From assembly GCA_963710605.1 (NCBI GenBank), contig CAVQBA010000005.1, forward strand, positions 277,963 through 301,962: DNA of 24,000 bases. The letters are read 5' to 3'. The notes under the pieces were generated by a model. That model was given only the letters and a program-made list of their open reading frames with translations. It was not told the DNA's origin and made no database searches. The number at the start of each line of letters is the position of its first letter. Within the stretch, counting starts at the first letter, position 1. Shown here piece by piece: positions 23,362 to 24,000 of the stretch. The position numbers and the translations under genes are program-made. This stretch comes from an uncultured cyanobacterium. GTDB lineage: Bacteria; Cyanobacteriota; Cyanobacteriia; Cyanobacteriales; Cyanobacteriaceae.

Positions 23362-24000
23362 ATGAAAATAACAACAAAAAAAGTCGAGATACTTTTAGAG
23401 AAAAATGCTTTTGCATTTTTTTTCCTGTTAAGACTATTATCCGAATTTCCAAAGTATTTTCAGTGGTATAATCTAACAGAATCTAACAGAATTAAACGAT
23501 TAAAAAGTTTAGATATCAAAAAATATAAAACAAGCGATACACTTTTTATCTTAGGAAGTGGTTCGTCAATAAATGAATTGGGTAAAGATGAATGGAAAAT
23601 TATAAAAAATCACGATTCTTTTGGAATAAATTTTTGGCTAATTCATGAACATATACCCACTTACTATATGTTCGAAGCGGGAAAATATTCAGATAGATTT
23701 AACACCTTCACTGAGCTATTAAAAATTAAAGCGGACAAGTATGAAAACGTTCCCTTTATACTCAAACATATTCACATCGATAATGATAATTTAGATTTAT
23801 CCAAATTACCGAAAAAACTTAGAAAAAATCTTTTTACAGGATACGAATTTAAATTTCCTGGTAGTCTTGAATCGCGATTGAATGAATCCATAAAGCTCAC
23901 TAACTATTTTAATTTACATTTGATTAATAATATTCTTTTCTTTAAAAGAGCTTCTATTAGTCAAGCTCTATCTTTTGCTTTTAAAATGAAATATAAAAAC
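23362..24000 (+). CDS. Cst-like/unknown-family glycosyltransferase candidate, N-terminal 213 codons (3' end outside window)
   Basis: The frame is open from ATG 23362 to the window edge, and an in-frame TAA at 23311 bounds the upstream side. TLFILGSGSSINEL...HDSFGINFW parallels the FLVLGSASNP...DLVCVNASGY layout of the pseudogene at 19469-20143. Confidence 0.6.
   Translation, partial: MKITTKKVEILLEKNAFAFFFLLRLLSEFPKYFQWYNLTESNRIKRLKSLDIKKYKTSDTLFILGSGSSINELGKDEWKIIKNHDSFGINFWLIHEHIPTYYMFEAGKYSDRFNTFTELLKIKADKYENVPFILKHIHIDNDNLDLSKLPKKLRKNLFTGYEFKFPGSLESRLNESIKLTNYFNLHLINNILFFKRASISQALSFAFKMKYKN

Noticed and set aside
23471-23490. A perfect 10-nt tandem duplication (atctaacaga x2) inside the ORF at 23362, as a possible frameshifting duplication.
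   Set aside because: The present reading frame is uninterrupted through it. Removing one copy would introduce an immediate stop (gtg gta taa) and leave the conserved downstream part without a start codon. The two-copy state is therefore probably the functional one, or the repeat is a chance event in AT-rich sequence.

Overview
This window looks like a low-GC cyanobacterial chromosome segment. The evidence is a photosystem II D2 gene, very dense CGATCG/GCGATCGC (HIP1-type) palindromes, and short hairpin repeats in the intergenic regions.

Gene content, left to right:
- A DUF1499 gene fragment, an Orn/Lys/Arg-decarboxylase-family PLP enzyme, rpmB, and a stand-alone psbD with a clean intrinsic terminator.
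- A small conserved-looking ORF, an ECF/CbiO-type ABC ATPase, a YacP/NYN-type nuclease, and tRNA-Leu(UAG).
- Directly after the tRNA, an ~8 kb Type I restriction-modification locus (hsdM-hsdS-hsdR) followed by a DUF45/COG1451 HExxH peptidase.
- A three-gene membrane module: a MotA/ExbB-like channel protein with a long hydrophilic tail, plus two paralogous ExbD-like anchored proteins.
- On the minus strand, an ABC-2 polysaccharide-export and glycosyltransferase operon.
- A ~0.9 kb non-coding gap, then a partial Cst-like glycosyltransferase gene running off the right edge.

Main second-look items:
1. Each of the three hsd genes carries exactly one minimal lesion and is otherwise intact. hsdM and hsdS each have an in-frame TGA, and hsdR has a one-nucleotide frame change at an A5 run that detaches its conserved C-terminal tail.
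2. The ExbB-like/ExbD-like trio abuts the defence locus and partly parallels ZorA-type architecture. It may equally be a conserved cyanobacterial Exb-like housekeeping cluster.
3. A 32-nt hairpin repeat occurs in inverted copies bracketing hsdS-hsdR.
4. Two decayed genes sit in the middle of the polysaccharide operon.
5. A GC-richer, hairpin-dense core in the 0.9 kb gap lies behind a good sigma70-like promoter and may be an sRNA or a leader.

All family assignments come from motif recognition by eye. No searches were run.
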